Source: Acanthaster planci (lineage: Eukaryota). Taken from it: 64,000 nt of DNA. Positions 26,101 through 41,100 of this stretch are shown here, in pieces. Position 1 is the stretch's first letter; each line of letters starts with the position of its first letter. Location of the stretch: assembly GCF_001949145.1 (NCBI RefSeq), contig NW_019091360.1, positions 3,036,864 through 3,100,863 of the forward strand, written 5' to 3'. Below the pieces are notes generated by a model. That model was not told the origin of the DNA. It worked only from the letters and a program-made list of their open reading frames with translations, and ran no database searches. The position numbers were made by a program, and so were the translations under genes.

Positions 26101-29100
26101 GGCTGACTAATTCTGTACCACTCTGTTCTGCACATACAAGTAATCTGTTGAAATGGGCTTGGATTTCTAATAGTCTCGTAGGTGTTAAATTGTTTAACGG
26201 CAACTAGTCACAGTGAGAAATTGGGACAAGATGTCGCAAGTGATTGAGCAAATTTAACACAAAGTCTACTCCTTTTGCCACAGAGAGTTTCTTCGGTTTA
26301 CATTAGTTAACATTTATGGCTGCTTCTTGTGTGTGGTACTAAAATCCTGAAATTACTCTTAACACATTTATCCATTTAATTATCTGTTGCTCGAGGGAAA
26401 GGGTGTTTGGCAATGTGACAGCCAGGTTTTGGAGACTGCACGAACGTCAACATTCGCTCATATTTGTTATATCTAACGTGCACCGTGTCATAGAGCCTGG
26501 GTTTTGGATGTCGTGCGGAGGCGAGCACTCTGAGCCATGCGCACCTGTAAAACTCAGTTCCATGTCAGCTGCTGGTGTAGGCCTATCGGTACCTGTGTAC
26601 TTGTGTAAAATATTGGGTGTGGTTTTGGATTGGAGTGTGGGTGTGGATTACACAGTGCCTTAGTGTGTTTAATGTATCAGAACAGACCAACAGTAAAAAG
26701 TAATATGAGGAAGACTGTGTGGGTAAAGTTATGTCCAAAGGTCACCGTTACATTTAAGGAAGGCTGTAAGAAACTGGTCAGAAAGAGTCGGCAGTTACCT
26801 TGAGGTACCCGTTAGCTAGAGTAGGGCACTGCCAATCAACAGATGTTGCCCTTTTCCCACTACAAACTGCTTCACCCCGAGATTTTCTGCCCTGGGTTAA
26901 GCGTTTCTTACCCCGGGGTTTGTTAACCTATGTTGGGTGACGGAAGTCACACCACGTGGGGATTGCAGAGTGCCGAGTGTGGATTACTAGCCGTGCTAGT
27001 GCAGATTATTCATGAGTTCTTTCATAATTAATGCGTCTAACAGACTGAAACCCAATTGGGTAAATGGAATAACTGTTGAGAACTGAGGAGGAGAACATCA
27101 AACCCGCTCCCTTTGATCTTACCAACAAATCTTACTGCTATGCACAAGTTTTAATTGTTCCATCTGTCAACCGAGTCACCCATCAATTATCAATTACATG
27201 GTTTTCTACCGGTATTTCCACCAAAACAACCCCATAACCCTTAGATTGCTCATTAAACTCCACGCAAAGGCATAGTTTAGGTTAGGTGACTTTTCCACAG
27301 ACCAAAGGTAGGTTTCCTAAACTCGTACAACCTAGACTGGCTTATAAGGAAATCATGCTACACGGTCCAATGGCTTTTGTATTGTTACTGACAGCCCATG
27401 CATCATTTTTAGGCTGCAGTCGTGATTCTGAGCTTACCTGTAGTATTAGAACTGGACCTATTTCTAAACAACAGGGCTTTTCATGTCCAAACTATGCCTC
27501 GCACCATAAATTTCTTCATCCGCTGGTAGGACATTTACGCCCCTCTCACTGAAATGATTGGTGTTGGTGGGGACTTACGGTTCTGGCGTGTACCAAGGGT
27601 TTGACCCGTGCCTGATGTACTGGGTGCTGTGGAACACGCGGAATGCCAAGCCAGCCAGGAAATCCCGGGGAGAGAGCAGCCCTGCCACCGGACGCAGGGT
27701 GAAACCTGTGCAATCTGGCCATCGAAATGCAAAAACAATTGGTGAAAAATCAACTGGGAAACCAACAAAACCTGGGTGACCTTGTTAACAGACTTTTCTA
27801 AACCAACTATCTGGGTAGTGAAGCATCAAACAACTGTCAAGCCTAGATTTTTCTCAATTAGGAGCCAATGGCTACCAATTATTTTTTTCTGTATAAAGGG
27901 CTGGCCGTTTGGAGAACAATGATGCACAAAAGAACAGCTGTTGGCAAGCTGCCACAAATGAGTCGCGATATGGAGCGTAAGTACAACTAAATCTGGCCCC
28001 AATTCTGAACAACTGGTGTAGAAAAAGTTGAATAAATGTGTATGTATGAAAAAGATTTGTGATGGAATTATTTGACAGATGTGCACCCTTGTCTTTCAAT
28101 CATCCATATTTTCAGTTTTTGTCTTGCAACTAGAAAAGCTGTTTTGAGGCCTTTTGGTTTTTATGCTGATGCACATTTCCACATTCATGAGCTAACTACA
28201 TGTATGGTACTGGTAGAAACCTCTGTTTCATTGATTTGTCTGCAAAAATCTGCTCAGTTTTTCTTCTTTAATATTTGCCGTTCTCAATTTCTGAGCCTCT
28301 GATGACTCATTATTGAGTATTCAAGTGCATGGCTTGAAGCCAATGAGTAACCAATACTCAGTAATGTTTTCAACGAACAAACTTTTAGTTCAGAATTAGA
28401 ACAGAAAAAACATGACCTCAACACTGTTTTTCCCCAACTGACATGACAGCGACAGCACCATTAGTTGTCCAGAAAAGCTCGAAAAATGTTTTGAAAAAGT
28501 GCCATTTTCAGTAGAGTAACCGTGGACTTTTTCAACATTACTTTGGAAGAACTGAATCTATCCGCTAAGATGTGCGTGAGTGAGCAAGTACACCACACAG
28601 GAAGTTAATGACAACCGGTTTCTTTGCAATGCTATCAGCACAGGCAAAATCAAATTCACTACGAAAAGTCACTTCAGATGATTTTTCACACACAAACAGC
28701 TTTGAAATTGTTCTTATTTTTTAATGATTCACTCTACTCAGATTTCTTCTAAGAGTGAGTATGTGTTTTACCTTTGAGGAAGTTTGAGACATCCTCAAGT
28801 TGCGGAATGTTGTCCTCTCGGTAGCCACAGTTCTCCACCAGGAGGGGGAAGATGTGGTTGAATTCACGGCAGGCGTGGGTGGGGAACAGCTTGGTAAGCT
28901 CTCGGAACATGGTGCCCCAGGTCTTGATCTCGTCGGCTGTGTAGGTAACGTGGGGAATCGGGGTCCCACTGCAAAGACAATGAAGACGCAAAATTGGCAT
29001 TCGAACATTCACTTTGTTTGAACAAAGAAGGTTAAGGCCTGAGGTTGGAGAGTGATATCAACTCCATGGCAAAGACAGTGATGATGATGAAAACTTTTAA

Positions 29101-32100
29101 TATCACAAACGGGTTTCAGAAACGAAGATAGGATTGGTGCTTCTTAGGCTCAAGGTGACAATGATTCTAGTCCAACTTGGCGCCTATGATGTATCCAGGT
29201 TTTGGGTCAATAGAGATTGGGAGACAGATTTTTTTTTCCCCAAAACAATTGTCAAAAATTTTTCTTGTCCACGAAAGAACCCTCCACCCTCAAAAGGTGC
29301 TAGCATTCCCTATAAACTGTCGCTGCTTTGGTTCCTAATCAATTGGCAATAAGTCCCCAGGGGGACAATTTGTCTCCTCTCATACCAACACTTGACACGT
29401 GTACTTCCGGTTGCTAGTCCGTTCTAACATCTTGTTTCCTTCCTCGAATTATTGCTACTGGCGCATGCTCGACAGGCATAACTTGATTGAAAGCTGACAA
29501 TAATCAAACCATCCACATGACTTTGGGGATATATACAACTTTTTGTTTCCACTTACAAAAAAAAAACAAATGCCGACAAAATCGTTTGTATCTGCTCTAC
29601 TCTAGAAAACTGATTTCTGAATTATTGTCTGCTTCAAGTACAAAATCTGCTTGCAAAGGTCCATAGATAATCGGAAAACACAGTACTTTGGGGTTTAAAG
29701 ATCGGACGCTGGGGGCACAGTATACACAGGGAGTCTTACACAGTCTGATTGGTTACAAGCCAAAAACTGACATCAGGCACAAATACATATGACATTACTT
29801 TTTTATTATGACATATGACATTACTTTTTTATTATGACATATGACATTACTTGTTTTCACGTGTGCAAAAAAATAGGATATTCAGGATAGTTGGTATTTG
29901 CCATATATCAAGTTGACATGAATTGTATGTATCAAGAGTTCCATGTGCAGCTCATCATGTTTAAATGAAGTTGGACATTCACAATTTGTATCAAATACTA
30001 AATTTGAGTACGGTTTGTTGATAAGACTGTGAGCAAGGCTGTTGGTGGTTTACACAATTTCAACTAGAACAGCCACTTGGGTTTGCAGAAACAGAGCAAG
30101 TCCAACATCCAACATCTGCAATTTCATCAACTGGGGCTTTACAACTCACTGTTTGTAGTTGAAGGCAATGTCAGCAAATTCTTTGCGCCTGGCGCGGTAC
30201 ACAGGATCAGTGAAGCCCTGTGGAAGCATCAAGGGGAATCAAGAATATTCATTACTTGCTGTACAAGAAATTTGGAAAGTTACAAGGAATGGATAGATCT
30301 GTAACTTTTTACTCAACAAAACTGATCAACTCTTTAAAAACAGAAGCAGTTCTCGAAGCGTAACCAAAAAAAAAAAAAATTTAAATCTGTAAAAACTTGA
30401 AATCACTGCACTTCCCAAATACATTTGTACGCTGTGTTTCTGTCAAAAATGTATGCTGCATGCTTGTTTAATTTATGTTAATTTTGTAAGATAAAAAAAA
30501 GGCTGCTGAACCAAAATATCCACAAAGTAGTGAGGTTGTGTTATCAACAAACGGAAGGGCGGCATCCATGTGATCGGTGCAGTGACAGCAATATATTGGC
30601 TTCATGATCCGTATATTCCGTTTATACAGTTACTAGCTTATAAATTAAGTGACTGCAAACAAGTCAATTTGCCGTGGGCTACGGGGTGAAAGTACAGGGT
30701 GATAGTACAGCTACGTAAACAACTCTCGGGCAAATGGTTCGGATCTGCGTAAACCACCTCATTTGCATAAAGCCTTTGCTTCATTTCATGAACAAGTGAA
30801 CAGAAGCATTTAAAATTCCAGTGGCATTCTAAAAAATTAGAAATTACTACAATCTTTTTATTAAAAAAGGAGGATTAAAAGATTCCTACCTGATGTAAAA
30901 AAAATTAAAGACATCATCAATCCTACATCATTTTTTTCTACATGGTACTCAGGAAAAATAATAGATATGGACTGTGACACACGAAAAAGCAAAACTTTGG
31001 TAACCTGAATGTGGCCTTAATGTACAACGAATATGTACAAAATATGCAGATGTGAAATCTTACCGTCATCGTCAGCAACATTGATGAACAATTTCATGAC
31101 ACAAGATATCAAAAATAATTTCATCACCACCTGTTACATGATTATCAGCTTGAGTAAACATAAGGATAAAAAAGTACTACGATACTACAGGACTTCAATA
31201 TATTCTGTAAGTCTTGATTCATGCAATGTTGCGAGGGTCACTAGAACAAGGTAAACTTGGCATGACCATGGATACCAGTTTGTAGATCACATCTATGCCA
31301 TGCATATTACAGGACTTCAATATATTCTGTAATTCTTGATCTATGCAATGTTGCGAGGGTCACTAGAACTAGGTAAACTTGGCATGACCCTGGTTACCAG
31401 TTTGTAGATCACATCTATGCCATGCAGTGTTTTGTTTAATGCAGCAACTTGACTCTGGGGAATTGCAAAGTAACTGTGTGGTTATGAACATGTGGTGCAG
31501 TGTCAAGAAGCCTCAAAGCACTTACACTGCTTTTGAGTTCATCAAAACGGAATTTAGACTTTTCCAAAGGGGGTAGAGGTGGGAGGGGCTTGGTTGAAGG
31601 TGGGGGGTGTCAGTAAAACAGTTTACTCACAGGATGGTCGGCATCTAACTCTGCTCCGTAGCTCAAGATGTTGTTGGCAAACTCGTCCGTATCCTTGATC
31701 CTCCTTGGAAACCACGGAACTATAAGTGGAGAAGAGATGCCACAAACAAACACATTCAATCCGTGTGTACATGTAACTGGGAATAAGGCAACGGTTTTTG
31801 CTGAAAACAAGCTGAGAATGGTCAGTGGACATGTATGGGAGATGCTTATGGCACAAGCTGTGTGAACATGGAACTTGACAGCGAAACCTGCCCAGGTTAA
31901 GAATACAATGGCAAATTTACATGTAGCTAATGTTTCTACATTGGAATAGCAACTTGGAATCCCAAAACATTCCACACCGGATCTAAAAGAATATTACTTT
32001 TGAGGCTGGTAAAAGTCTGGAGTAGTCCTCATTATGGAATTCGCACTCATTTTTACTTAAAAAAGAAAATCTCCTTAGCATTGTTGACATTGATTTTGGG

Positions 32101-35100
32101 GGGGTGACAGCTTATATTTCAATATCATGAATTCCTCAAAAATTCAAAATGCTGATGAAACAACTCGCTGTGACAAGCGATAGAAATGTAATGCTCTTTG
32201 TTTTCTCTGACAACAAACATCAGGCAAGCCGGACGCATTTGACATGTACTTCCATACACCTCGGATAAATTCACTCTACATGTTTACAAGACTACACGGC
32301 CTCCCTGCCTTGGTGATATATGAGCCAATACTTGCTCCAAAATCTGCATTTTACTTTCAACCTGGATGACCGTCAAGCTAGCTTTCAACTGCTCTGGAGG
32401 GTGTAGTTTAATGAAAGTGTACAAATTGTGCTAGTCGTCAGGAAACCTCCCAGTTCCATCTCGATGGACTGCACTTGAGGACTGTACACATGTTTAGCTA
32501 AGCAAAGACTCTTAACAGAGCTTTTATGGAGGATACTTAGGGAGATCTCATTTGCTTATTTAATACCCTGAATGCATCTAAACCTTAGACAGCTTTAAAA
32601 TTGTATTTCAGATGTCATAACAGAGCAGACATTTACCATTTTCCTAGCCGTTTTTGTATTTGTCCGTTCAAAAACAGATAGCATATCTGAACAAAATGTA
32701 CCTCTGCATCAGCGTTTTAGCTAGCGAGCCATGCAGCCGTGTTTTGCACGGCCAGTTTTGTGAAATCATGGCCCATTTTTTCAAGCACGGCCTGGCAGTG
32801 CAAATCAAGCCGTGCACTACTTAATTCAAGGCTTGTGCAATTTAGATCCAAACAAATGCGAAAATAAAACCTGAGCTAAAATTCAGCTTTTCCCATGCTT
32901 TTTCTTGGCCCCATCAACCAAGTCCAAAATAAAAAATATGCTGCAGTAAAGCTGGGGCTACGGTTTGGACGTTTGGTTCAAATGCATCAATGCCGGCAGG
33001 TGGGTTCCCCTTATACTTACAAATGAACTACAGCACCGTATCTATCAACTTGTAACAAAATGAATACAGGGAGCCATACTTGTTCACCAGCTATCGATCG
33101 TACATGTAATCAACCTCATTCCATGGTGATCGTTAGCCGCCATATTACGCCCATTCTCGCATGAGGTAGTCCATGGGGACGAGGTTGACATATAATCGTT
33201 TCAGGGCTTACGCTGCATGCTCACTATATCATCCAGAATGAAATGAAACATAACAGATTTCTTCTCGAAGGCAAGGGCTGGCCAACACGTAATCTTTCTT
33301 ATTGTCAATATTCAGCATAAAGCTTGTTTAGGTTCTTCTACCTTAAAGACGGAAAAAATTGTTGAACTCTTCCAATGCCATGTTCAGACTCGTGCACAAG
33401 TGCGAGCACATGGCCTGCCTGTATGGTATATACATGTACATGTACATGTACGTGGGTGCGTGTACAGTGAGCATACACGCACTATGCGATTCATGTATGA
33501 CGTGTATTTTTCCATTCACATTGAAGTCGAATCTTGTACTCAATTTGCCTGTTCCTAGCCAAATTGCCAAAGGAAACATGCACGTAGGAATACTGGGATT
33601 TATTTTGTATCTTTATTTTTGTTTTCTTATCACATAATAATCTGAATGTACTGTATTGCAACAAAAAGGCACAAAATGTGTGTCAAGAACTGACCTGCAT
33701 TACTACTTGCATACCATTTTTTAAAAATGAAATAAAATAGTGATGAGAAATTTGTTCAAAGGTGTGTCATTATTCGCTTCTTTGTTGCAGAGCTGTTTAA
33801 TCACACTATATAATTGCACACAGATTTACAATTTTATTTTTTTTCTAAAATCTCTTATTTTTTGGTTGGAAAAGGCAAAACTCTCCGAAAACTGTCAGAA
33901 ATTCGTCAGAGACCACCAGAGAGCAACTAAAATAGGCAGAAATTCCAGGGTCCTTACGCAGGCCCTGGATCCTGGCCGTAAGGGACTTCGCGCTGCGCGC
34001 TCGTGTTGCGTGCTTCAAGTTGGGGCACAAATTTTGGAGTCTAACAAGACAGCACTCCCTACGTTTTCATTTTGCACTCCCACTTTTCAAATCCTAGCTA
34101 AAACACTGCTCTACGTAAAAGTTCCAAAGGCCAAACCATTTTTTGGTGTTTTGAGTTTTCACTTTGGTTTTCGTGCTTAAGACATTGAAAATATGACAGT
34201 GTGTTCTGATGTGACCTTCTCGTATCAAAAGCTGATAAGGGGCAGAATAAAATCGATTGTGCTAAGTATGTTCTGTCTAACTACTCTCTTTTTTCGGTCA
34301 CTTTTATTACTGGCTACGTCACGGTCTGCTGACCGTAATGATGTGACTTACTTTTCTCGACAGAGCCTTTGCGTCGATGAATAAGTGCAATGATTTCATG
34401 TGCAGGGGGCGGAGCAGGATGGTGTCACATCACAAAGCATGATGGGTAACATGCATGGGTTTAGAAAAAAAAAGAAAAAAAAAGAAACCAAGATTAACCA
34501 CTTACAAAAAGCTGACATAAAGGGCACATTAACTGTACTTGGAATGTTTCCATCCACCTTTCCTCACATTCACTGAACCAAATTGATCAATATGGATCCA
34601 TTTCAAAAACTCACAATCCAAATACATTACCCTGATGGCAAAATGTACTCATTAATGAATTCAACTGAAAGGTTCTAAAGGACTTTGGAAAATGTCTAAT
34701 TCCCCAGGTATCCATCATTGTACTGCTAGGCGGGGCAATTTGATTCCACCATGAAAGCTTAAAGTCCATTTTCTCTGAAAGTGGAGTTGATTCTGGCCTT
34801 GCGTTTGGTCTGCAAACAACACAAACTGAATACACAATACAGTTTTGCTTCTTCACTCCAAACTTTTACTATCCTGACAATTTCAGATCAAGTTTCAGTG
34901 ATGACAGCATCTACAGCTTACTCGTATTTTCTTCTTGGGAGCGCGACAACACGTGGACGTATGTTGCTTCCTCTTTCAGCTTATCCAGGACAGTGTCCAA
35001 CTTGTCCGCCTTCTCTTCGCAGATGACCAGAAACTCATAGCTGCCCTCGTCCCCCTTGGAGGGGCGGGACTCAATCTGCGACAAGTTGATGCCATGTTCC

Positions 35101-38100
35101 TACGGCAAACAGAAACAGGTAGTAGTAAGTTAAAATTTGTCCTCGGCAAATGTGGCTTCCCAGGCTGGGGGTCTCCAGTTTTGAAGGCATGCAACAGCTT
35201 AGACAATCTTTAAAGATGCCCTCCCAAAACTACCAGTAGTGCCTGCATCCTAGTTTAATCCTTAAGTGACTTGTCGGCAACTCGTCAGTGAGCAAGCCTG
35301 AACACTGAAGTGACCATGAGTAATCTTATTTCAGCATATCCCCTCCGAGCGGAAACAAAAGAGGGCGCATTTCGGTGGGAATTAATTCACCGCACAAGTT
35401 TATGTGTGCTTTTAGCGAAGGACAGGCTGACCTCACAGGGACCATTTCTGTCCAAAGTCAGGGTCACTGTGTGCCACCTCAGCTGGCTGAAATATATTCC
35501 ACCAGCCTGTCTCTGATGAGTCACACACCCAACGTTCAAGCTCAAGCCCCTAAGCTTTCTACCAAGCCATTACAAAATGACGTGCACAGTTTCTGGATGT
35601 ATTCCAACCCTCTGATTGATTTGGACGTATTCTAACCCTCTGAATAATTTCAATTCCATCCTCTTCTTGCCCTCTTTTTCAAACAAGCTAGGTTTGCAAC
35701 AAATACACGTCAGTTCTAAGGTATACATGTTCTGCATGGCAAGAGCGTGTTCATCTATGCAAACCATTTAGTAAAAACATGTACATATTGCAAAGGGTTC
35801 TTTACCTGTAACAATACATGCAATTCACAATACAGTACCCCACCGAAACAGTCCCATGGAGAGGCCATTTTTTGGCAGCATATTGTGGCAAACAGTCAAC
35901 AAATTCTAATTGCCAGCTGTGCAGGGAGGGGACTTGAATTGTTTCTGATGTTTGTTTGTGCACTGTATTTTCTGCCCACCTTACAATCTTTCCCATCTTT
36001 TCCTACTGGTACGACACGGATTGCCAAGGTCTACCGGTACATACATATTACCATATCTCCTCAAGCTGTCAACTAAGATTTGCTCAAAAGTAAATCATGA
36101 AAGGCTGGCTAAGTTTTTGTCGACCGTTAACTTCAACAGAGCATCAACTCATCACCTGTTGGAAAATCACTGTCCACTTCAATTTTGCACATACCTCAAA
36201 TAACTTGAGAGTGCGTGCGAGTATTCCAACTTCCTCCTTCAAGCCAAACATGAGGGATGTACGGCCATTCTCCCCTCTCACTTCCGAGTTACCTTTCCCC
36301 TGTCACAACAAAAAAGCAAAAAAACGAAGATCCAGGTTCGTGAATCAAGGTCAAATTCACAGGATGAATAACTGCTTTAAGTTTGTATGACATATGATAC
36401 TGTGATGTATACAAAAATCGCCTGAAAAAGTCCTGTCGACCGATTGATGAGTCGTCTATAAAATGTCACTGGATGATTCATTCCAACACATGACATGAAC
36501 ACATGATGCAGGGGACTGCAACAATTCTGATCCAAAGTGTTTAGTAAATACGTGAAGAGTGTGCTAAGTCCCCGATCGCTCAATATTTCTGAACTCAACG
36601 ATTATGCAGGCTTTCATTTCGGTGGGGATTTAATTTGGATGACAGACGAAATGATCCGTGGATTCCATGTGCTGTGTCTCCTCATGAATATCAATCTTAC
36701 AAACATTCGTCCACATGGCATGTTCTTCATAAAATGGACCAAAATGCAATGGCTGTCATTTGTCAAAACTTCTAAAAGAGTGACTTTGATCATGTAAAAT
36801 ACAAATTAGCACCTACAGATTTATAAAAATGATTATTTGGGGATATTTAGGCATAATATGTACTAATGGTGGACATTTGGTTGGCTACTAATGCAAATCA
36901 AATGGATTTTCAAGCCACGAAAAAAAGAGCACAACATTGACGGAAAATGATGAGTAAAGTTTGGCTCTCTTTATTCTGTTACCGTTTATAATCACTCTCA
37001 CTATACCAACATATTTGCCAGGTCTTGTATATTTCGACCACCAAAAATCATCTTTAAGTTTGGCTGCATCAAAAATTTATAAGGAGTACAATATGTTCCT
37101 TGTGAGTGTTACATTTGACAGAATTTTGATCACGTTCAATAATTTTGACAGAAACTGCATAACGTTCGAGAATGCCGAAAATGCTGTCACATGTAGTGCT
37201 CAAAAATTCCATGCGCGATTTTCATTTTGCCAGTTATTTTGGAGATAACCCTGCTGAAAATAAAATTAAAATTAACAACTCTGAGCATTAGATTTTCATC
37301 ATGAATCGTATTTTATGTCTCGAACATTATTTTCAGAATGACGGATTTTCTTTTGAGAAAAATTGTTCCGAAGAGAAAAATTGCGGAGCGTCGCCATTCT
37401 GTGGAGGGGTTCATGAATATCAAATAAAAAAGAGGGCGCACTATCTAACAGCCCAAGATCCAGCGAAATGTTTCTCTAACGTCACCACGAGAGATTGATG
37501 GAAGCCGCAAAATCGCCACGATCGGTATTTTGGACTGCGGTTTTCGAGAACATACTTGAAGAAAATGTGATCGGTTCAGTCCTAAAAGGATGATGGTTTG
37601 GCGGTGCTTTTTTGCACTCTTTTTTAAAGCTTGTGCTGTACATCGATATATGGACTTTACTCGCTTTTTTTCCCGCTTTTTTGGCAGTCGTTTTATTGGA
37701 CACTAACGACAGAATCGAATGACATTTGCGACTGCCGACTTCGGGACCCGATTAATTGTGAGAGGTACTTTTTAATTTCGTGATTATGGTTTTAATATGT
37801 GTAAATATTAGAACCTTTCACCAGATATCCATGTAAATCTGTGTAAAATAACCTCAGGGATTATCACTCCTCAGTAAATTCTGTTTGCTCGGATTTTAAC
37901 AGGGAGTTCATGTCCCTCAAAATTGCTAACGTTTGAGACTTCAATTAATTAACTCCAATTAAGTTGAAAGGTTGACACGGTCATCATTGTTCCAGATATC
38001 AGTCATGACTTCCCTCATTACATCAAACATTGGAAATTAATTCACTGCACTCTTCACTTCAGGAAAAGTGAACCCCCAAAGTTGAACATTATCTAATAGT

Positions 38101-41100
38101 CCATATTTTGAGGAACCTGCCATATACTGGTATGTGCAATTATACACACACATCCAAGCATTTTTGTTTATAACCCTAAAAGCTTAAAATAACCTCAGGG
38201 GAAGAGGAATCCAGAGACCACCCTGTCAACACTTTCAGCAATAATGTTGCAATGCGATAATGTTGCAATGCAATAATGTTGCAATGCAATAACATTGCAA
38301 TGCAATAATGTTGCAATGCATTATTTTCTTGATTAGGCTTTGGTGAATCTCGTCAGTATTGTCTTAAGATCATCACTTTCATGGAAATTTGGCATTTAGA
38401 CATTATTCTATTGAACTGCTCACTGACAAGACAAATGCCCATGGGCCAACATGCCAGTGATAACAAAACCAGTTGTAATACATGTAGACATTAATGTTGG
38501 CTCTCCAAGTGTCCCTTTCCCAAAACATCCTGAAATCAACTAATACTCTTACATATCCATTGAAAAGGTCATGACAACCATATCTTCATGACAACTTCAA
38601 ATTTCATTCAAGTGCGACATTCTTGTGTTGACTTTAAAGAAAAGTGTAAATCTATTTATAAAACTATACATTAAATGTACACAATAGTACCTACATGGGC
38701 AATTGGGAAATTTATGACAACTTGAAAAAAAACTGATAACCTTCTTAGTTACATACACTACGCCTCGAAATGTACATGTACATGAGCAAGGTGAAATTCA
38801 GCAACTGAACTCTGTTTCATTATTACCAGCGAAGTGAAACATAATCAGCCTATGAATGTCAGGACAGCCAGACTGCCAGCCAGCCAGCTATTGAGGGACT
38901 CTTTTCATCAGGCACATTAAAAAGTGCTTTGTAAGACATCCATGCATAACTGCACATGTACATGTAGTACTGGCTGGCCTACTACATAAAACCACAAGTA
39001 CATGTACATTGTACATACCAGTAGATTAACATGTAACTGGCTGGTGGTATCCACCACCAGCAACATAATTTGCATGTACAGTAAACTGGCCATTACCTGA
39101 TCACAAGGAACATTTACATGTAACTGGCCATTCAGTTCAGTAGGGGCCAGATAATGCTGTCACTGCCCTTGGAAACTGTTTGACACAAAACACAGTTAAG
39201 ATGGGCCTGAGTATTGTATCATGTACGCGCACAATATATAGGCTTGATTTTGCTGGCTGGTAAAAAACAATCGAATGGAAATTTATAAATTTGCCTTTTT
39301 TAGAGCAATGGTGCAAATGTTCATTTAGAGGTAAAATGATCACACACACCAGCCTAGGTGTTATTTCAGAAAACTTTGGCTTCAACTGGACAAAAATACT
39401 TGTCTTGTCAGCCACACATCTCAAACCCTGTACAATTTTAAGGAAACAGACAGTTTTAAAGGACAAGAAACCATTAATGAAACCTTATTTAAAACCCTGT
39501 TAAAAATGAAAAAAAATCTGCTGAAAAAGAGGAGTTTAAAGAAATAACAGATTATATTTCTGCTGCTTACCTACTTCATAGATGAAGGATCTACGCAATA
39601 AATCATTAATCTTCATGGAAATCAGTTGAGTTCTCTGAGACCTACATGTATTCATGCGCTACGTACACAAATTTAATGTCATAACTGATGAGTAGATTTT
39701 GTTCTGTCCATTCTTTTGACAGCAACAGGGAATATCAACTTTGCAAGAGCATGATTTCTGTCCACTAAAACTGCAGTCAACACGCTTGTTCAGTTGTTGG
39801 AATTGCTTTTCAGCATTGAAACACTTTTAGAAATTTTTAACTACTAGGGGAAATTCTACTGGCTTAATGGACCTTCTAACTGTGTTTTGTGTCAGACAGG
39901 ACAAAGGGTTTCTACACAACGAAGGACATGACCCAGTTTTGGGAGCTCTGCCGCAAAAATGCTTTGTCAGCAGTATGGAAAAATACTCTGAAAATGATCT
40001 GAAAATCACATTTGCGAGGACAATTCTGTCGATTGAAGGTGACCCAGTTTCCCACCCTACCCCCCAGAAAAAAAATGGGTCTCAAGGCCAACATTTAGTA
40101 AGTTAGAGTTCGTACTTTAGAAAGAACAAACTGCTCCTTGTCTTGGTATATCCTTAAATATGGCATTCTGATAAAAATGGTCCTTACTTAGCACATGAAA
40201 ATGTCAAGTCTACAGATTTAATAGAACTCGCATTTCCCAGTGTACCTGGGGCTTTCAGTGTGCATCTAACTTAACTGTCACTGTTAGAACTGTCCAATTT
40301 TCTCTACATGGTGTCCAGATGCAGCATAAAAGTCAATCCTTTCTAAATGGGAATCAACAGCTGTTTTTATAATTCTGATAAGTTTCACCCATCCCCCCAA
40401 CAGGTCTATTACTTCCACCATAAGTTTGGACATGTGTTTTTTATGGCCTCCAATGCTTCTGTGTCAACAGTTTAGGAACAGCACATCTGCTGGTAGCAAT
40501 TTGCATATATGTGCCTACACATTTCCGCAAAACAAATGTGACACAAACCAAATGTCCTCCAACACAAAGTTTTTCTAATCTAAGCATAATGCGCTGCCAA
40601 GGTTTTCATGTATGCCATGGTACCGTCTGAACCACAATACACCGTACAAGAATATTATACCTAAAACAATTAACAATTGTTGATCTTTTACATGTACATG
40701 TATGATGATTTAACACCTCCAAGTGCACAATGCATACCCGAGGGTGTACAAAATGTCACATCCTACATCCTAGCAGTCAACAAAATGTTTTGTCATACTT
40801 GAATACATGTTGATGTTTTTCACTTTTACTCTAAGGGGCATTAAGGGCGACAAAGGAGTCTTTGAACTCCAGCGTTAGCAGTCCCAGCATTATCCTGTGC
40901 ACTGCAGGGGTGTCTGCGTCTGTGCAATATCTCACAATGCTGGCAGATGTGATGTTTAAGGGTGAGTGTGACATGCAGTTAAGGTACGGTATGTCACCCT
41001 GTTACATGATCCCTCTGGGCAAATAACAAAGCAGTATTCAATACAGAGGTATGACAGATGTACAGGTATGCTTAATACTCAGTAAATGTGGGGTTACGAA

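Noticed and set aside
36701..36730. Alternative PAH first exon ([15 protein letters not shown])
   Set aside because: No similarity to PAH N-termini and no independent support; 43565-43627 fits much better.
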